Of a DNA stretch of 64,000 nt, positions 24,622 to 37,290 are shown one piece after another. A model generated the notes under the pieces. The model was given only the letters and a program-made list of their open reading frames with translations. It did no database searches and was not told the DNA's origin. How positions within the stretch are numbered: position 1 is the stretch's first letter; every line of letters begins with the position of its first letter. A program made the position numbers and the translations under genes. Source of the DNA: Mustelus asterias (taxonomy: Eukaryota); NCBI RefSeq assembly GCF_964213995.1, contig NC_135805.1:106950001-107014000 (forward strand), given 5' to 3'.

Positions 24622-24833
24622 TTTGTCTATTCTTCTGGATGTCTAAGTCCACCAGGAAGTTATAGGCAGAACACAGGAGTTTATTCTAGGGGCCCCTGTC
24701 ACTTTTCTCTAACGCTGGCATGCTCAAGTCTCATATTTCACTGTAAATGAAGGAATTACATCTAGAAATAGTCAACTTTGAATAAGATCTGTGAGTTTTT
24801 AAAATGGACATACAAGACAAAGATGGCTGAGGA

Positions 24834-25870
24834 TGTTATGTCAGTCACTGGTCAGTCAGACAAGAAGCCACCTGGGGGAGCTCAGCTTTTACAATGGTGG
24901 CTGTTAATTGCTGGTGGGTGATACTCTGAGAGACAATGGAACCCACCCTGTTTCCAGACAAAGATACCTCTAAAGTATTCAAAAACTAATTGCCATCTCC
25001 GGTGGAGACAATGGGAGATAATGGGAGATGAGTATCACCTAATCAAGAAATATCCTGTGTGCAATGTCCCAGATGGATTTGTGGATTTTGCCTTCCAGGA
25101 ATATGCAAAGTCTGGGGAAAAAAAAACAGCTGAATAGCTGGCCCAAGTGTGTGCGTGTGTGTGTATGTATGTGCATGCGTGAGCTAATGCTGCAGTGTCA
25201 GAATGTGTGTGACACAAGAAAAAGTCAACCAACAGTCGTACCCCTGCAAAAGGCTTTTGAAGGTACATCTTTCTCTCTTTCTGATTGTGGAACTAAGCCA
25301 AGGCAGCAAAGAGCACAGCTGAAACTGAAACAAGGTGGCTTCTCAGTGAAACTGCAAAACACCGGAATCTTGAAACCGACTATTCGCCTGCAGAAGCCAG
25401 TGCTACCAGAATCATGAATTGCAATAACTACAGCATTCAATCATCTACTCATGAATCAAGGACTGTTTCGTATACTTTTTGTTCACTTACTTTGGACTCA
25501 TTTGCCTTTTCTAATCTGTGTAAATGTATATGGATGTGTTTTATCATTTTCTTATGTTTGGTAGTTAATAAATTCACTCTTTTTTTAACTTAAGAAAGCC
25601 TGGTTAAATTTGTTCATTTTAAAACATAAATATTGGGCCTGAGTAAGAGGCATTGAGATGAATCTTGTTGCCATCAATAGAGTGAGTTGAATAGCAGAAG
25701 GGAGCCAGTTGATCTCTCCTCATCTGGGGCATAACAATTTGAGGGGTATCCCAGCTGGACATGAACAAATTGGGGCACTTGCCTGGGTTTTTAACAAATT
25801 GTGGACTTGTGCTGAGATAGTTCCCATAGAGGGGAGAAACGGTTAAAAATTGAGGGATCTCATCCGGGTT
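24834..25870 (+). mobile_element. Old LTR (~24834-25736) followed by a degenerate tRNA-Pro-like PBS
   Basis: TGTTATG...CATAACA termini and an internal AATAAA. Downstream TGAGGGATCTCATCCGGGTT resembles TGGGGGCTCGTCCGGGAT. Related pieces recur at ~27640-27700 and ~28501-28560. Confidence 0.5.
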
Positions 25871-26739
25871 AACAAACCTCACCTGGGGACTGGTTGAGAC
25901 AACTGTCTCAGGGAAAATAACAGATGTATTTCCTATAAATCAGTAGAGGTAATGCAGCTCCAACATTGCCCGGCAATGCATAAGAAAGTGCATTATAATG
26001 GTACTAATGCAAACTCTGCAGAGTTCAGGACTTGTTTTAACAAAAGCATAATGAAATTTGACCAGGAGTTAGACGCGAGTCAGACAGGGAAACAGCAAAG
26101 GAAAGTTGGAACCTCAGGAACATTGATAGTATTGACATGTACAGACGTTCCTAGAAGTGGCATTGAGGGGTACGGAGGTGCTATTTGTATAGACCCTGGA
26201 CATCAATGGGAAGGAAAATGGAGGAAACAACTGTCAGCTCTGAGGCATAATGAATATCAAATTCCAGCTCCCAAGGGAAAGACAGATTCAGTGGTGGGGA
26301 TTAACGCAGAGTTATGAGATTTGTATAAGGTTGGTTTTATTGAAAGCAATAATATAACTTTCAATATATTTATGTTGGCTTGATGGCTAGCGTGTGGTTT
26401 GGAACAATGCCAGCAGCAAGGTTCCCATTCTCGTTCTGGCTGAGGTAGACTTGGGAATGGTCACCTCACCCTGCCCCTGAGAGTGGAAAGGGTAACCACC
26501 ACTGACAACAAACTACCAAGACCGAGATGAAGCATCAGCAGACAACGAGGCAATTGGATCTGCCTTTGGGCAGAGAACACATGATGTGACATCAATATAA
26601 TAAGAAAATGGATAAGAGAATAATGCGGTCAACAAAACTGGTTAAACACTCGATGGAATAATTGAGTTGACTGCACGGTTCTCTGGAATTCTCTGGTTGG
26701 TGATGGGATGCTGTTATCTGCTTGTACAATAACTGCTTG

Positions 26740-27025
26740 AAGTTTAAAATTTATATATTAGTGTCACAAGTCGGCTTACATTAACACTACAACGAAGTTA
26801 CTGTGAAAATCCCCTAGTCGCCACACTCCGGTGCCTGTTCGGGTACACTGAGGGAGAATGCACCTAACTAACACATCTTTTGCACTGTTGGAGGAAACCG
26901 GAGCACCCGAAGGAAGCCCACGCAGACACAAAGAGAACGTGCAGATTCTGCACAGACAGTGACCCAAGGCTGGAATCAAACTCAGGTCCCTATCATTGTG
27001 AGGCAGAAGTGCGAACCACTGTGCC
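26740..27025 (-). mobile_element. V-SINE, type B tail
   Basis: HE1-like head plus GGCGACTAGGGGATTTTCACAGTAACTTC..TTGTGACACTAAT tail. Confidence 0.88.
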
Positions 27026-27153
27026 AGCAATGGAAGAAATTCTTGGTTAGTTTTGGTGATGTGTTCATTTTATGCAGGGTATCCTCCTGCAAAACCTATA
27101 AGCTCTTCACTGAATTGGTGCGGCATGACAGGAATTCTTACCTCATCGACTCC

Positions 27154-27352
27154 ACAGAATCATAGCATCCCTACAGTGGAGAAGGAGGCCATTCAGCCCA
27201 TCAAGTCAGCACCAACATTCCAACAGATCATCTCACCCAGACCCGATCCCACAGCCCCACACATTTATCCCACTAATCCACCTAACTTACACATCTTGGG
27301 ACACTGAGGGACAATTTACCATGGCCAGTCCACCTAACCTGCATATCTTTGG
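27154..27352 (-). mobile_element. HE1-type SINE, 3' half
   Basis: Matches the 3' half and tail of the other HE1 copies. Confidence 0.8.
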
Positions 27353-28601
27353 ATGTCCTTGAATATGCCTTGAAGCCACCATGTGCAAAAGCAAAACAAA
27401 GCATAACTAGCTCCACAGATTATGTGATACAAGTATAAGACAATACATAACAGTGATTTCACGGCACTTGGAATCTGGCGCTCCCATGATCACTCAGCAT
27501 TACATCTGCACAAGATATCTTTTGCAGTTTGACAGCTGTTGAATATACTGTATATTAAAGCCCTCTGCTTCTGTCAGCTGATGCCCTGACCCCGAAGTGG
27601 CGGCAGAAACTTGTCAACACTTCCCGTCGCGTGATCGGCCAAGAAGCCACCCTGGGGAGCTCAGCTCTTATGATGGTGGCTGTTAATTGTGGTAAGGAGA
27701 AATTGACGACAGTAATGGAAGATACAATCTGCAATTGGAAAGTACAAATGGAAAAGCACAGAGGCATAAGGAGGCAGAAAGCAGTTGGCTTCAAGGCTAT
27801 AATGATCTCTCTGGAGGCAGAATGATGCTCTCAAAATGGCCAAGGCTTGGCTCTCACAATTCATATAATCTTTGCCCCTTGAGTGTACTAGAGCTTTGTA
27901 ATATACTTCCGTTCATCTGTTATTCTTTATCTATATTGTGGTGCACACAAACGTAATTCTGCGCACAGTAATGGATATGAAGTCGATATGATTGCAGCGT
28001 GGTTCAGTTCAAAGGAAATGTTTTGATGTTAAATTGTTTGACATGCAAACTTCATTTCCAGAAACTAATCCTAATTTGTTCCGAGGGAAGGCAGGTGAAG
28101 AGGTTACATCCTACAAACATTAATGCTTTCAGGTATTCAAAAAAAAATGGTCCATGTGAAATAGCTTTTTCTGATGACTGTTCTTATTATCTGACTAAAG
28201 GCACATCAGAAAAATACAATAGACAGAATTACATATGTCCAGCAGATGGAAATTTCAGCTCAAACAATTTATGTGGTAATAAAAAAATATGCATTTGACA
28301 GAATTTAACAGTGGGCAAATATGATTTAAGTAACTGCATGGCGCACCACTCAATTCCTCCAAGCCCAAGGGAAATAAACAGAAAAACATTTACTGTAGGT
28401 TGTTGAGCTTTCCTTCCTTTTAAAACTGCTGTTGCATCTGGCACTGAGTCGAGTATACAGTAGCTGCAGCAGGTACACAGCGCTTTTAGTACACAATGCG
28501 GGACTCATTTGCCTTTTCTCATCCTTGCGAATGTATATGGATGTGTTTTATAATTTTCTTGCATTGTAGAAGAGCTGCTTAGGAAACATCAAAAAATTTC
28601 T

Positions 28602-29071
28602 CCTCAGTGACCGGGACTTGATGGTTTGAGTTATAAGGGGAAGCTGGATAGACTGGGACTTCTTTCCCTGGAGCATAAGAGGCTGAGGGGTGATCTTACT
28701 GAGGTCTATAAAATAATGAGGGGCATAGATCAGCTAGATGGTCAACATCTTTTCCCGAAGGTAGGGGAGTCTAAAACTGGGGGGCATGGGTTTTAAGTGA
28801 GAGGGGAGAGACACATAAGGGTCCAGAGGGGCAATCTTTTCACTCAGAGGGTGGTGAGTGTCTGGAACAAGCTGCCAGAGGTAGTAGTAGAGGCGGGTAC
28901 AATTTTGTCTTTTAAAAAGCATTTAAACAGTTACATGGGTAAGATGTGTATAGAGGGATATGGGCCAAATGCGGGCAATTGGGACTAGCTTAGTGGTTAA
29001 AAAAAAAGGGCGGCATGGACAAGTTGGGCCGTTGGGCCTGTTTCTATGCTGTAAACCTCTATGACTCTATG
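28602..29071 (+). mobile_element. CR1-clade LINE 3' fragment
   Basis: NLFTQRVVSVWNKLPEVVVEAGTILSFKKHLNSYM; 3' UTR with (CTCTATGA)n. Confidence 0.92.
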
Positions 29072-30430
29072 TATTGCATGCAACCATTCAGGGCCTGATT
29101 TAAAAAGCCATTTGTGGAATGTTCCATTGTGTTAAAGGTGCTACATCAGTGCAAGATGTTGTAACTATTCAGATGCAGTTTCCAATGTGCCACAGTGCAT
29201 TACAATGCCAGTATATTACAACAGTGACTGAACTTCTAAAATACTTTATTGGTTGCAAAGCACTTTGGAACGTCCTGAGGTTGCGAGAGGCACTATCAAA
29301 AGTCTTCCTTTCTTTCCATAAATTGCCTCGGAAAAAGCGCTTCTGCTATGGCTGCAAGCCAGTTCCACTTTAGGGTTTTGTAATTACTTTCCGAGGTTTT
29401 CAATGAGAGAAATAAAATCATCTTCACAGCTTGCTGACATGACCCTTAAATACTTAATAACATTTCCCTGCATCTGTGGAACTCAATGTTAAATACCTTT
29501 TTGCTTTACTTATGCCAAGTACTGGCTGGAGTCTAATACGATGTCGCACCAACAATACGAACAAAGCTCATTGTCTTCCAGCTTGTTAATTGGAGTTTGG
29601 TAACATCACACCAGTCAGAAATGCATTTAAACCAGCACTGACTAACGTGTTACCCTGATATTGCTCTTGAGGAGGCAATCACTTTCATGCTATCAAAGTT
29701 GGTGACAGATGGTGCGGATGTTATTTTACACATGCCACTGCACTGTTGAATGCACGAGACTAAAACAAAGGACCATGGATGCTGGAGATGTTCAGAAAAT
29801 GTTGGAAATACTCAGCCGGTTAGGCAGCATCTATGGGGAGGACCACAGAGATAATTGGGTTGGATTTAACATCAGCAGCAGGGCTCCCGCTGCCGGGGTT
29901 GAAAGCCAGGGCAGCGTTTTGCAGCAGCTATTACTGCAGCTGCACCTGGAGGATGAGGATGTATCGATTGTCGTGCAAACCTCAAAGGTCAGGTAAGTAG
30001 GGTCTGGGTGTACTGCGGCCAGGCAGGTAGTGACGGTCCCATCAGCAGCTGGCAAAATGCCCACAGAGTTCGAGCAAGGCGCCTAATTTGCCACTTAGAA
30101 TCAGTTTTATGTTTTCTTTGGTCAGATAGAAATACCTAATTTCATTATATTTGTAAGAAAGCAACGCTTTCCATTGTGTTTTTGTTTTCTTTCTCCAAGT
30201 GAATCCATTATGTTCTTGATGATCCTCGATACCATTATCATGCTAACCAGGAGTTTCCAAACTGTGGAACATGTTGTCCTGCGTGTAGTGAGGTATCAAT
30301 GGAGGGTAGAAATTGTCTAATGGCGGATTTAAGGTCTAATACAAACTCCAAATAATTTTCCCCCTTATCTATTGTTTTTCATTAACTATTGCTTTCATTT
30401 TGCATGTGTGAGGAAATAAAAATTCAGGAT

Positions 30431-30616
30431 AAAAGCAAATTACTGCAGATGTTGGAATCTGAAACGAAAAGAGAAAATGCTGGAAAATCTCAGTAGCTCT
30501 GGCAGCATCTTATAAAGCTTTGACAAAGGGTCACCTGGACTCGAAACATCAGCTCTTTTCTCTCCTCACAGATGCTGCCAGACCTGCTGAGATTTTCCAG
30601 CATTTTCTCTTTTGGT
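30431..30616. mobile_element. PLE family-B inverted pLTR insertion with hammerhead-like motif (30516-30554, +)
   Basis: Same sequence family as 19976-20199. 16-bp direct repeat AATAAAAATTCAGGAT at 30415-30430 and 30617-30632. Confidence 0.88.
30516..30554 (+). ncRNA. Minimal type-I hammerhead ribozyme variant (U3-A8 core), partly decayed
   Basis: AGCT-TTGACAA-A-GGGTC-ACCTG-GACTC-GAAA-CA-TC-AGCT: stems I and II pair. Confidence 0.6.
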
Positions 30617-31056
30617 AATAAAAATTCAGGATGCTTCCTGGGGAATGCTTGTTCTGCATGTTGTGTTTTTCCCAAATGCAAGGACATGAAGTGTGAGCCA
30701 GGGTGGGCTGGAGTGTTTGTCCCAGCAGAAGGGATCTCGATGTTATTTGATCATCAGTGACTCCTTAGCCTGTGGTTTGAGCTTCCTAGCATAGGCTGGA
30801 GGTCCTCATGGTGGACTGGTCCTCTTCCAAACTACTTGGAGCCAGCAGGGTCACCCCAGAGCAATGCACCAGCCAAAAGAAGGAGACCAACACCTTTTGC
30901 CCAGAGCAACAAGACAAGCCACCAGTACTTTCCTGAGATCACAGTATTCCCAGTTGGAGATGGATGGGTCAGGAGGAGGGGAGGGAGGTGTATAGTGGAG
31001 TGGGATGGTGGGGATGGTTTGACAGCTCCAGATTGCTCTGGGGCTGTCAAACCAGG

Positions 31057-31399
31057 GGAAGCAATGGCCTAGTGGCATTATCTATTAGCCCAGAAACTCA
31101 ACTAATGTTCTGGGGACCCAGGTTCGAATCCCGCCATGGCAGATGGTGGAATTTGAATTCAATAAAAAAAAATCTACCGATGGCCACGAAACCATTGTTG
31201 ATCGTCAGAAAAAACCCATCTGGTTCACCAATGTCCTTTAGGGAATGAAATCTGCCATCCTTATCTGGTCTGGCCTACATGTGATTCCAGAGCCACAGCA
31301 ATGTGGTTGACTCCCAACTGCCCTCCAAAGGCAACTAGGGATGGGCAATAAATGCTGGCCAGCCAGCGACGCCCATGTCCCATGAATGAATTAAAAAAA
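31057..31399 (+). mobile_element. tRNA-derived SINE family C (near full length)
   Basis: A box TGGCCTAGTGG, B box GGTTCGAATCC, tail GGGCAATAAATGCTGGCC..CCCATGAATGAATTAAAAAAA. Confidence 0.88.
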
Positions 31400-31949
31400 C
31401 TTCAAGTGGAGCCTGATTCCTCTGGGACTCTACTGCAGATCAGTTCGAAGGAGCAAGGATGAATGTTTCACAATACCATGTGATGCAGAATGAGAAACTC
31501 CACTGAAAACATTACTGATTTTGGTATAAAATTCAGAATTTACATGCTCTTAGAAAGAAAATGTAACTCTCGATTCACAGAATCTTAATCTACACAGCAT
31601 TTAACATTCCAATAACAAAATTTTCAATTACATTGAAATGAAGCCTGTGCATGATGCATTAACATTTAAAAGAGTATTGTCTTGATGAAAAAATTTTATT
31701 GATTTGTGTCCAGGTACGACACATAAACCTGAAAAGTAAATTCAAATAAAAGTGTGCATTCATTTAACACCTTAAACATTAAGAAAAGCATCTCACAAAC
31801 GGTGGTTGACAGGGAAAAAGATGCATCTTATGGAGGGAGACATTAATAGCGGATGGTCAAACCTTTCCCAAAATGATAGGTTTGGTGAAGATTTTAACAG
31901 GAGAGACTGATGGACATTAGTGGAAGTTAGGAGGAGAGTGGAGCCAATC

Positions 31950-32260
31950 TCATAGAATCCTACAGTACAGAAAGAGGCCATTTGGCCCATTGAGTTTGCA
32001 CTGACCACAATCCCACCCAGGTCTTATCCCCATAATCCCATGCATTTACCCTCACTAGTCCCCCTGACACTAACATGGTCAATCTACCTAACCCACACAT
32101 TTTTGGAATGTGGGAAAAAACCGGAGCACCTGGAAGAAACCCACGCAGACACGGGGAGAATGTGCAAACTTCACACAGACAGGGACCTAAGCCGGGAATC
32201 GAACCCGGGTCCCTGGCGCTGTGAGGTAGCAGTGCTAACCATTGTGCCACCGTGCCACCC
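31950..32260 (-). mobile_element. HE1-type V-SINE
   Basis: Full head GGGTGGCACGGTGGCACAATGGTTAGCAC through the CR1-type tail. Confidence 0.92.
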
Positions 32261-35042
32261 ATCTATAGAAACAATCTACTGTTCAAACTATCACCTATGA
32301 TTTCAAACGTTATAATCCCATGCTTGAACAACATCATCTGTCACATTATTGGCCAGGAGTACTATTAATCCATTGTTTAAGTTATATATTTGTATACTGC
32401 TTTGTAAATTTTGTGCAATGCTAATGCATTAGAGGGGTTAAAATGTTAAAACTGGTAGGCATTTGGGCTGCTGATAGATTTGGAAGGAGGTATATTATAA
32501 GCAATGTTTGGAACTTCTGCTTTAGATTATCTTAATGGTTTTTCTCCCTATCAACAAAGTTTTAATTCTTTACAAACGCAGAATTGTATAAGTTGATTGG
32601 AAGAAGTCTAACTTGCGTTGCTTATTATTAGAGGTTTTGTTAGTTTATGCCACAGTGTATTTTTCCATTTGGGTTATTATGAGTTTTCTTCCTTTAAGTG
32701 AATCAATCCTTTTTTACTACCATCACTTTTTAAACCCAAGTAAAAACATCTCCTAGTTTCTGCATTAAAATAAACACGAAAGTGTCAGATATGAATGTGA
32801 CTCCTGTGAGAGGTTTGTAGCTTTCTCTGTGGTACCTGAAACCTTGGTCTGCACATGGTGGAGTTTATTTGTGTAACATTATGGCAGTTAACTTTAAGTG
32901 TTAAGTGTGTCCATGTGTTGGCAGAGCGCGCATGAACTTGAGAGTCCTGTTGCATTAATAGGACTGATCTTCCTGAAGGATGTGTGATAAATCCTGACCA
33001 GGGTTAATGTAGGATGACAGACCGAAAGCCAAATTCCCTTTAATGTAGTCTCATTAGGAAGCTCTGTTGTAGGTGTCTTCCCCCTAACTCTGAGAGCATG
33101 TGTGCCAGAACTAGTGGGATACCACATTGCCAGCTGCTGAACATGACACTTCTGACTATGTTGCTGAACCCCAGCAGGTGACATCTGTGCTGCAGCCTTT
33201 CATCCTTGCATACTTCGGATGGCTGGCTACCTGCGTGGTGTAGGAACCCTAGGAGGCTCAAGTGAAAGGAGCCAGTCTGTTCCTCCCAGCTGGGCTTTCA
33301 TATCTGCAGGCTGTGGATTCCCACACTGTAGCTCCCAATGTCAACACTTCTGCAGTCAAGTACTTCTTTGTCTGCCCCGGAGTCATCTGATGTCCACAGG
33401 CAGAGCCTGCCCATCCAGAGAACATAAACCATCTGAGCATTTGGAACAACAGCTATTGCGATGCATCTGCACAGTTAATGAAACTCGTCAAAATGTATCA
33501 TAATACTGAAACAGTCAGTTGCATTACATTTTTGCTTATATCACAAAAGACTGAGGGCTTTGGTCACCTATCTTACTCAGTGAATTTATTTGTCTGATAA
33601 TGCTCCTGTGAAGTGTCTCGTGGTGCTGTACTATATTAGGGACACTGTATAAATGCAAGCCTGTATAAATATACATCTATATTGGAGCAATGCAGCCTGA
33701 CAACAGGCACCTTTCCTCTCCCTCACTGCAGTCACTTATCCTATTTAGGTCTTGGCTTATTCTGAGGCTTTAATAAAACTTTTAGGGCTAATCTCTATAA
33801 AATTGGGGAACCTATAATGGTGACTGGTCTTCTTTCTGGCAGTGTATCTATTGCTTGCGGTTGCAGCATTGACATATTTCTGGGGCTGGCAGTGGTAAGC
33901 TCCCTTTGCGAGGCAGAGACCTGATGGGCAGCTTATTCTGCATTCTTCAAGAGTTCTTGCCCAAGAGAATGTGTTGGAGTCACAGCAGAATAAGGAGTGA
34001 AGGTCCCATGTTAATCCGCCCCTGATTAAATTGTAAGCGTTACGGCTGTGATTGTGAGTGTGACAAATCCAGTTTTCCCTTCCTTCCTTCCTGCCATTTT
34101 GTTATCCAGTAGCCTGGTTGAGAACGAATGGAATGAATCCAATAAAATGCCACGCCTGTCATTGTGTGGTGGAACTAACAATCTTTAATCTCGAAGTTTC
34201 GAAGGGTCTTGGCCAACTCTCAAGGGCGGGACTCCCTTTGACTGATGGGGAGAAGTCCAACCCTCAGTTTGTTCAGGCCGCCCTGTGTTTCAAGGCAGTG
34301 GAGGCTGATTGAAGATCTCATGTGGGCAATAATTGATCACATATAGCCTGCAATAGGCCTAAGGATGGCCGGGCTCATGCACACCTTCCCCACTCCCTAT
34401 ATTAGGGTGACTGATTTGGTGTTGGGTGTTATTAGTGCGAGGTGAGCAATATGTCATCTCCCGCTCTCCCGTAAAATCCAGCCTATAGTTTCACTGTTGC
34501 TTTATTTAGTGCCACATAAAAGGATTTTCTCAATACTGACACACCTCTATGACAAATCTGGTTGATTTGTTACCTGGTACTTCAGAATAAAGTCCAAGCT
34601 CCATTCAACTGTCTAACTCCCTTTTTTTAAACCTCCCTTATTTGAGGGAACAACACCTGGCATCCAATCTGTATCTACGTTAAGGCTAACATCATATTGG
34701 TCGTGGCAACTTTGAAGGCGTTCTGTGTCGTCACCTGGAACAGATTCTGGGCCACTGCTATACATTAATGAAGAACTTACATTTACCCCTTGGACAATTG
34801 GTGTTCTGCTTTGGGATCTTCAAGAAACCCTGTATTCAGCATGGAAATATATTGGCAGCAACCAAAACTTCACAATCATGAAGAACTCTAACTCTAGTTC
34901 TGTTGCATGACTGTTCTATGTATGTAAAAGCTCTGTCATGTGACATAATGATGTGGAGATGCCGGCGTTGGACTGGGGTAAACACAGTAAGAAGTCTCAC
35001 AACACCAGGTTAAAGTCCAACAGGTTTATTTGGTAGCAAATA

Positions 35043-35079
35043 CCATAAGCTTTCAGAGCGCTACTCCTTCATCAGATGG
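35043..35079 (-). ncRNA. Minimal type-I hammerhead ribozyme motif
   Basis: CCAT-CTGATGA-A-GGAGT-AGC-GCTCT-GAAA-GC-TT-ATGG. Confidence 0.75.
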
Positions 35080-35103
35080 AGTGGAAATGTGCACATTTCC
35101 ACT

Positions 35104-35140
35104 CCATCTGACGAAGGAGCAGTGCTCCGAAAGCTTATGG
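35104..35140 (+). ncRNA. Minimal type-I hammerhead ribozyme motif
   Basis: CCAT-CTGACGA-A-GGAGC-AGT-GCTCC-GAAA-GC-TT-ATGG: intact core with perfect stems I and II. Confidence 0.85.
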
Positions 35141-35503
35141 TATTTGCTACCAAATAAACCTGTTGGACTTTAACCTGGTGTTGTAAGACTTCTTAATGTG
35201 ACATAATCCCACACATTATCACTATCTAGCCCTTGACCTGTCACATTTGGCTTGTCAGGACCTTCATCACAAAATATCACAAAAACATGCATATTTGAGG
35301 TACAAGGTGTCTCACTTATTTCCAACATCTGCTCAGAGACAAAGATTTTACCATTATTTCCAATTAATCACGAAGAATCAACAGTTTGATTACCATGTTT
35401 GGCACGTACTGTTTTAACATCATGACCTATGAATTTACCAGGGCCTTCTCAATCCTTATACTATTGGACCAAATCTCCTGAATTGAACACAGTCTCAGAT
35501 GGT

Positions 35504-35628
35504 CGGTGGGATTTTATGGCCTCACTCATCTCAAAACTGCAAAATCCTGCCCAAGGTCAACGGACCTTTCCATCGTCCGTCCCTTGCCTGCTCCGATTCC
35601 CATGGCAGGCGGGATGGTAAATTCCCCT
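35504..35628. mobile_element. ~130-bp Harbinger-type MITE
   Basis: Homologous to 36786-36912 and 53962-54097 (shared AGGTCAACNGACCT core, GGTGGGATTTT end). Confidence 0.75.
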
Positions 35629-36439
35629 TCCCTTATGTCAATTTTCTCCAAACTTTCTCTGAAACCTCAGCTTTGCTAATATCCGATCTCCCTGCACGCA
35701 AATCATTTAAGTGCTCAGAGAAATTAACTAATTGAAATACTTTCTAAAGAAGAAGGATTATCACAAAAAATAAAAGGTTTTTTGGGAATTTAGGATAGGA
35801 TTAAAGCCGAGTCTTTAGATGCTTACAAGCTTTTATTTACACAGTCACACACACACCTTCAATTCAAATATCTGCTCTGTGCAGGTGAATCCCCAGTTAA
35901 TGCTCACCACCTGAATGTAATTAAACACCTAATTAATATACAATTAACAATTAGACTCTCCTCTAGTTAGTGGTACATCTTGCCTTCATCGCTGTGCAAA
36001 ATTCTGAACTCAGTGGGGATCCCTGTTCATACAAGATATCTGTCAGAGACCTCACACAGTCACGTGGGACTTTTTAATTTGATCTTTACATCATAAGATA
36101 GGTCTTTTTATTCTGAGTAAAGTTAAAGAATTTATTTTCCTGAAAGAAAGTCTGTCATTGTTTTTAATGACTATTTCTAAACATAAATGTCATTTAATTT
36201 TACACATGGAGTAAATGGTTCTCGTTGAGCCTGTTTTCCAGGCAGAAACTTGAGGGAACAACATCTGGCGCTCAATCTGTACCTACGTTAAGGCCTTCAT
36301 AATGTTGGTAGAAACAGGCTCTGGGCCACTGCTACACATTAGTGAAGGACCGCCATTTACCCTGCTTGGGCAATTGGTGTTCTGCTTTGCGATCTTCAAC
36401 AGGTTTTCTTGGCTTTACAATGCTCATGTGCAAAAATGT

Positions 36440-37290
36440 TCACATTCGAAGCCAATGCCTTTCTAGAACAGGTAGAAATTACTTTTGATAATTTAAAGGA
36501 TCTGTCCCTTGAAGAACTGAAAAATGTAGCAAAGGAGTTGAAGTTAAAAGTTTTCTCCTAAAGCCAGGAAACTTGAACTTTTAAAGCTTGTGACCCGGCA
36601 ATTAGATTGCACACCTGGAGAATTCACAGCAGACATCCCAGCGTTAGTGAAATTACAATTAGAACAGAAATGGCTAAAGCTAGAATTCTAGCAAGAGAAA
36701 GAGAGAGGAACTATCTCCTATCCCCGTAACCCCACTTATTAACCATAGTTAATTCCCCCTAATCTAAACATCCTGGGACACTGAAGGCAGGGATTTCCGG
36801 CTGCGCTCGCCCCAAAACCGGAATATCTTGCCCGAGGTCAACCGACCTTTGCACAGTCCTCCCCCCGCTCGCTACGATTCCTGTGGCTGGCGGGACGGGA
36901 GAATTCCCCCCCAGTGGCCAATCCACCTAACCTGCACATCTTTGGAGCGTGGGAAGAAACCGGAGCACCCGGAGGAAACCCACGCAGACATGGGGAGAAT
37001 GTGCAAATTCCACACAGAGAGTGACCCAAGGCCAGAATCGAACCCGGGTCCCTGATCCTGAGGCCAGCCAGTCCACATCTGGGAAGAGGTATGACACCAC
37101 TTTAGCAGTACATGATGTGGGAGAAACCTCTCTCATTAAACAAAATCCCTATTGTCTAGCTTCAGAGCAACTGACTCACGTACAGGAGGAGATCAAATAT
37201 ATGCTGGAGCACAAACTAATTGAGCCCAGTGACAGGAGCTGGAATTGCTCAGTTGTGCTCGTGCCTAAGCTGGATGTCTCCTCAAAGTGG
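36440..37290 (+). pseudogene. Gypsy relic: gag N-terminus and RT N-terminus, internally deleted, with SINE and MITE inserted
   Basis: EANAFLEQVEITFDNLKDLSLEELKNVAKELKL..RKLELLKLV (gag-like), then HDVGETSLIKQNPY...EEIKYMLEHKLIEPSDRSWNCSVVLVPK (Gypsy RT start). Confidence 0.75.
36715..37052 (-). mobile_element. HE1-type SINE interrupted by a MITE (36786-36912)
   Basis: SINE sequence resumes on both sides of the GGCAGGGATTTCC...GGGAGAATTCCCCC insert. Confidence 0.82.

Larger units (their letters stand above)
34950..35195. mobile_element. PLE family-A palindromic pLTR insertion with two opposed hammerhead motifs
   Basis: Inverted arms of about 104 bp centred on GTGCAC (35089-35094), with a ~38-nt tail on the left only. 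Direct repeat ATGTGACATAAT at 34938-34949 and 35196-35207. Confidence 0.92.

Noticed and set aside
29709-30064. Exon ending at a strong CAG|GTAAGT donor (~29992)
   Set aside because: The upstream sequence is a PLE fragment plus MITE-like DNA, with no convincing acceptor or recognisable peptide.
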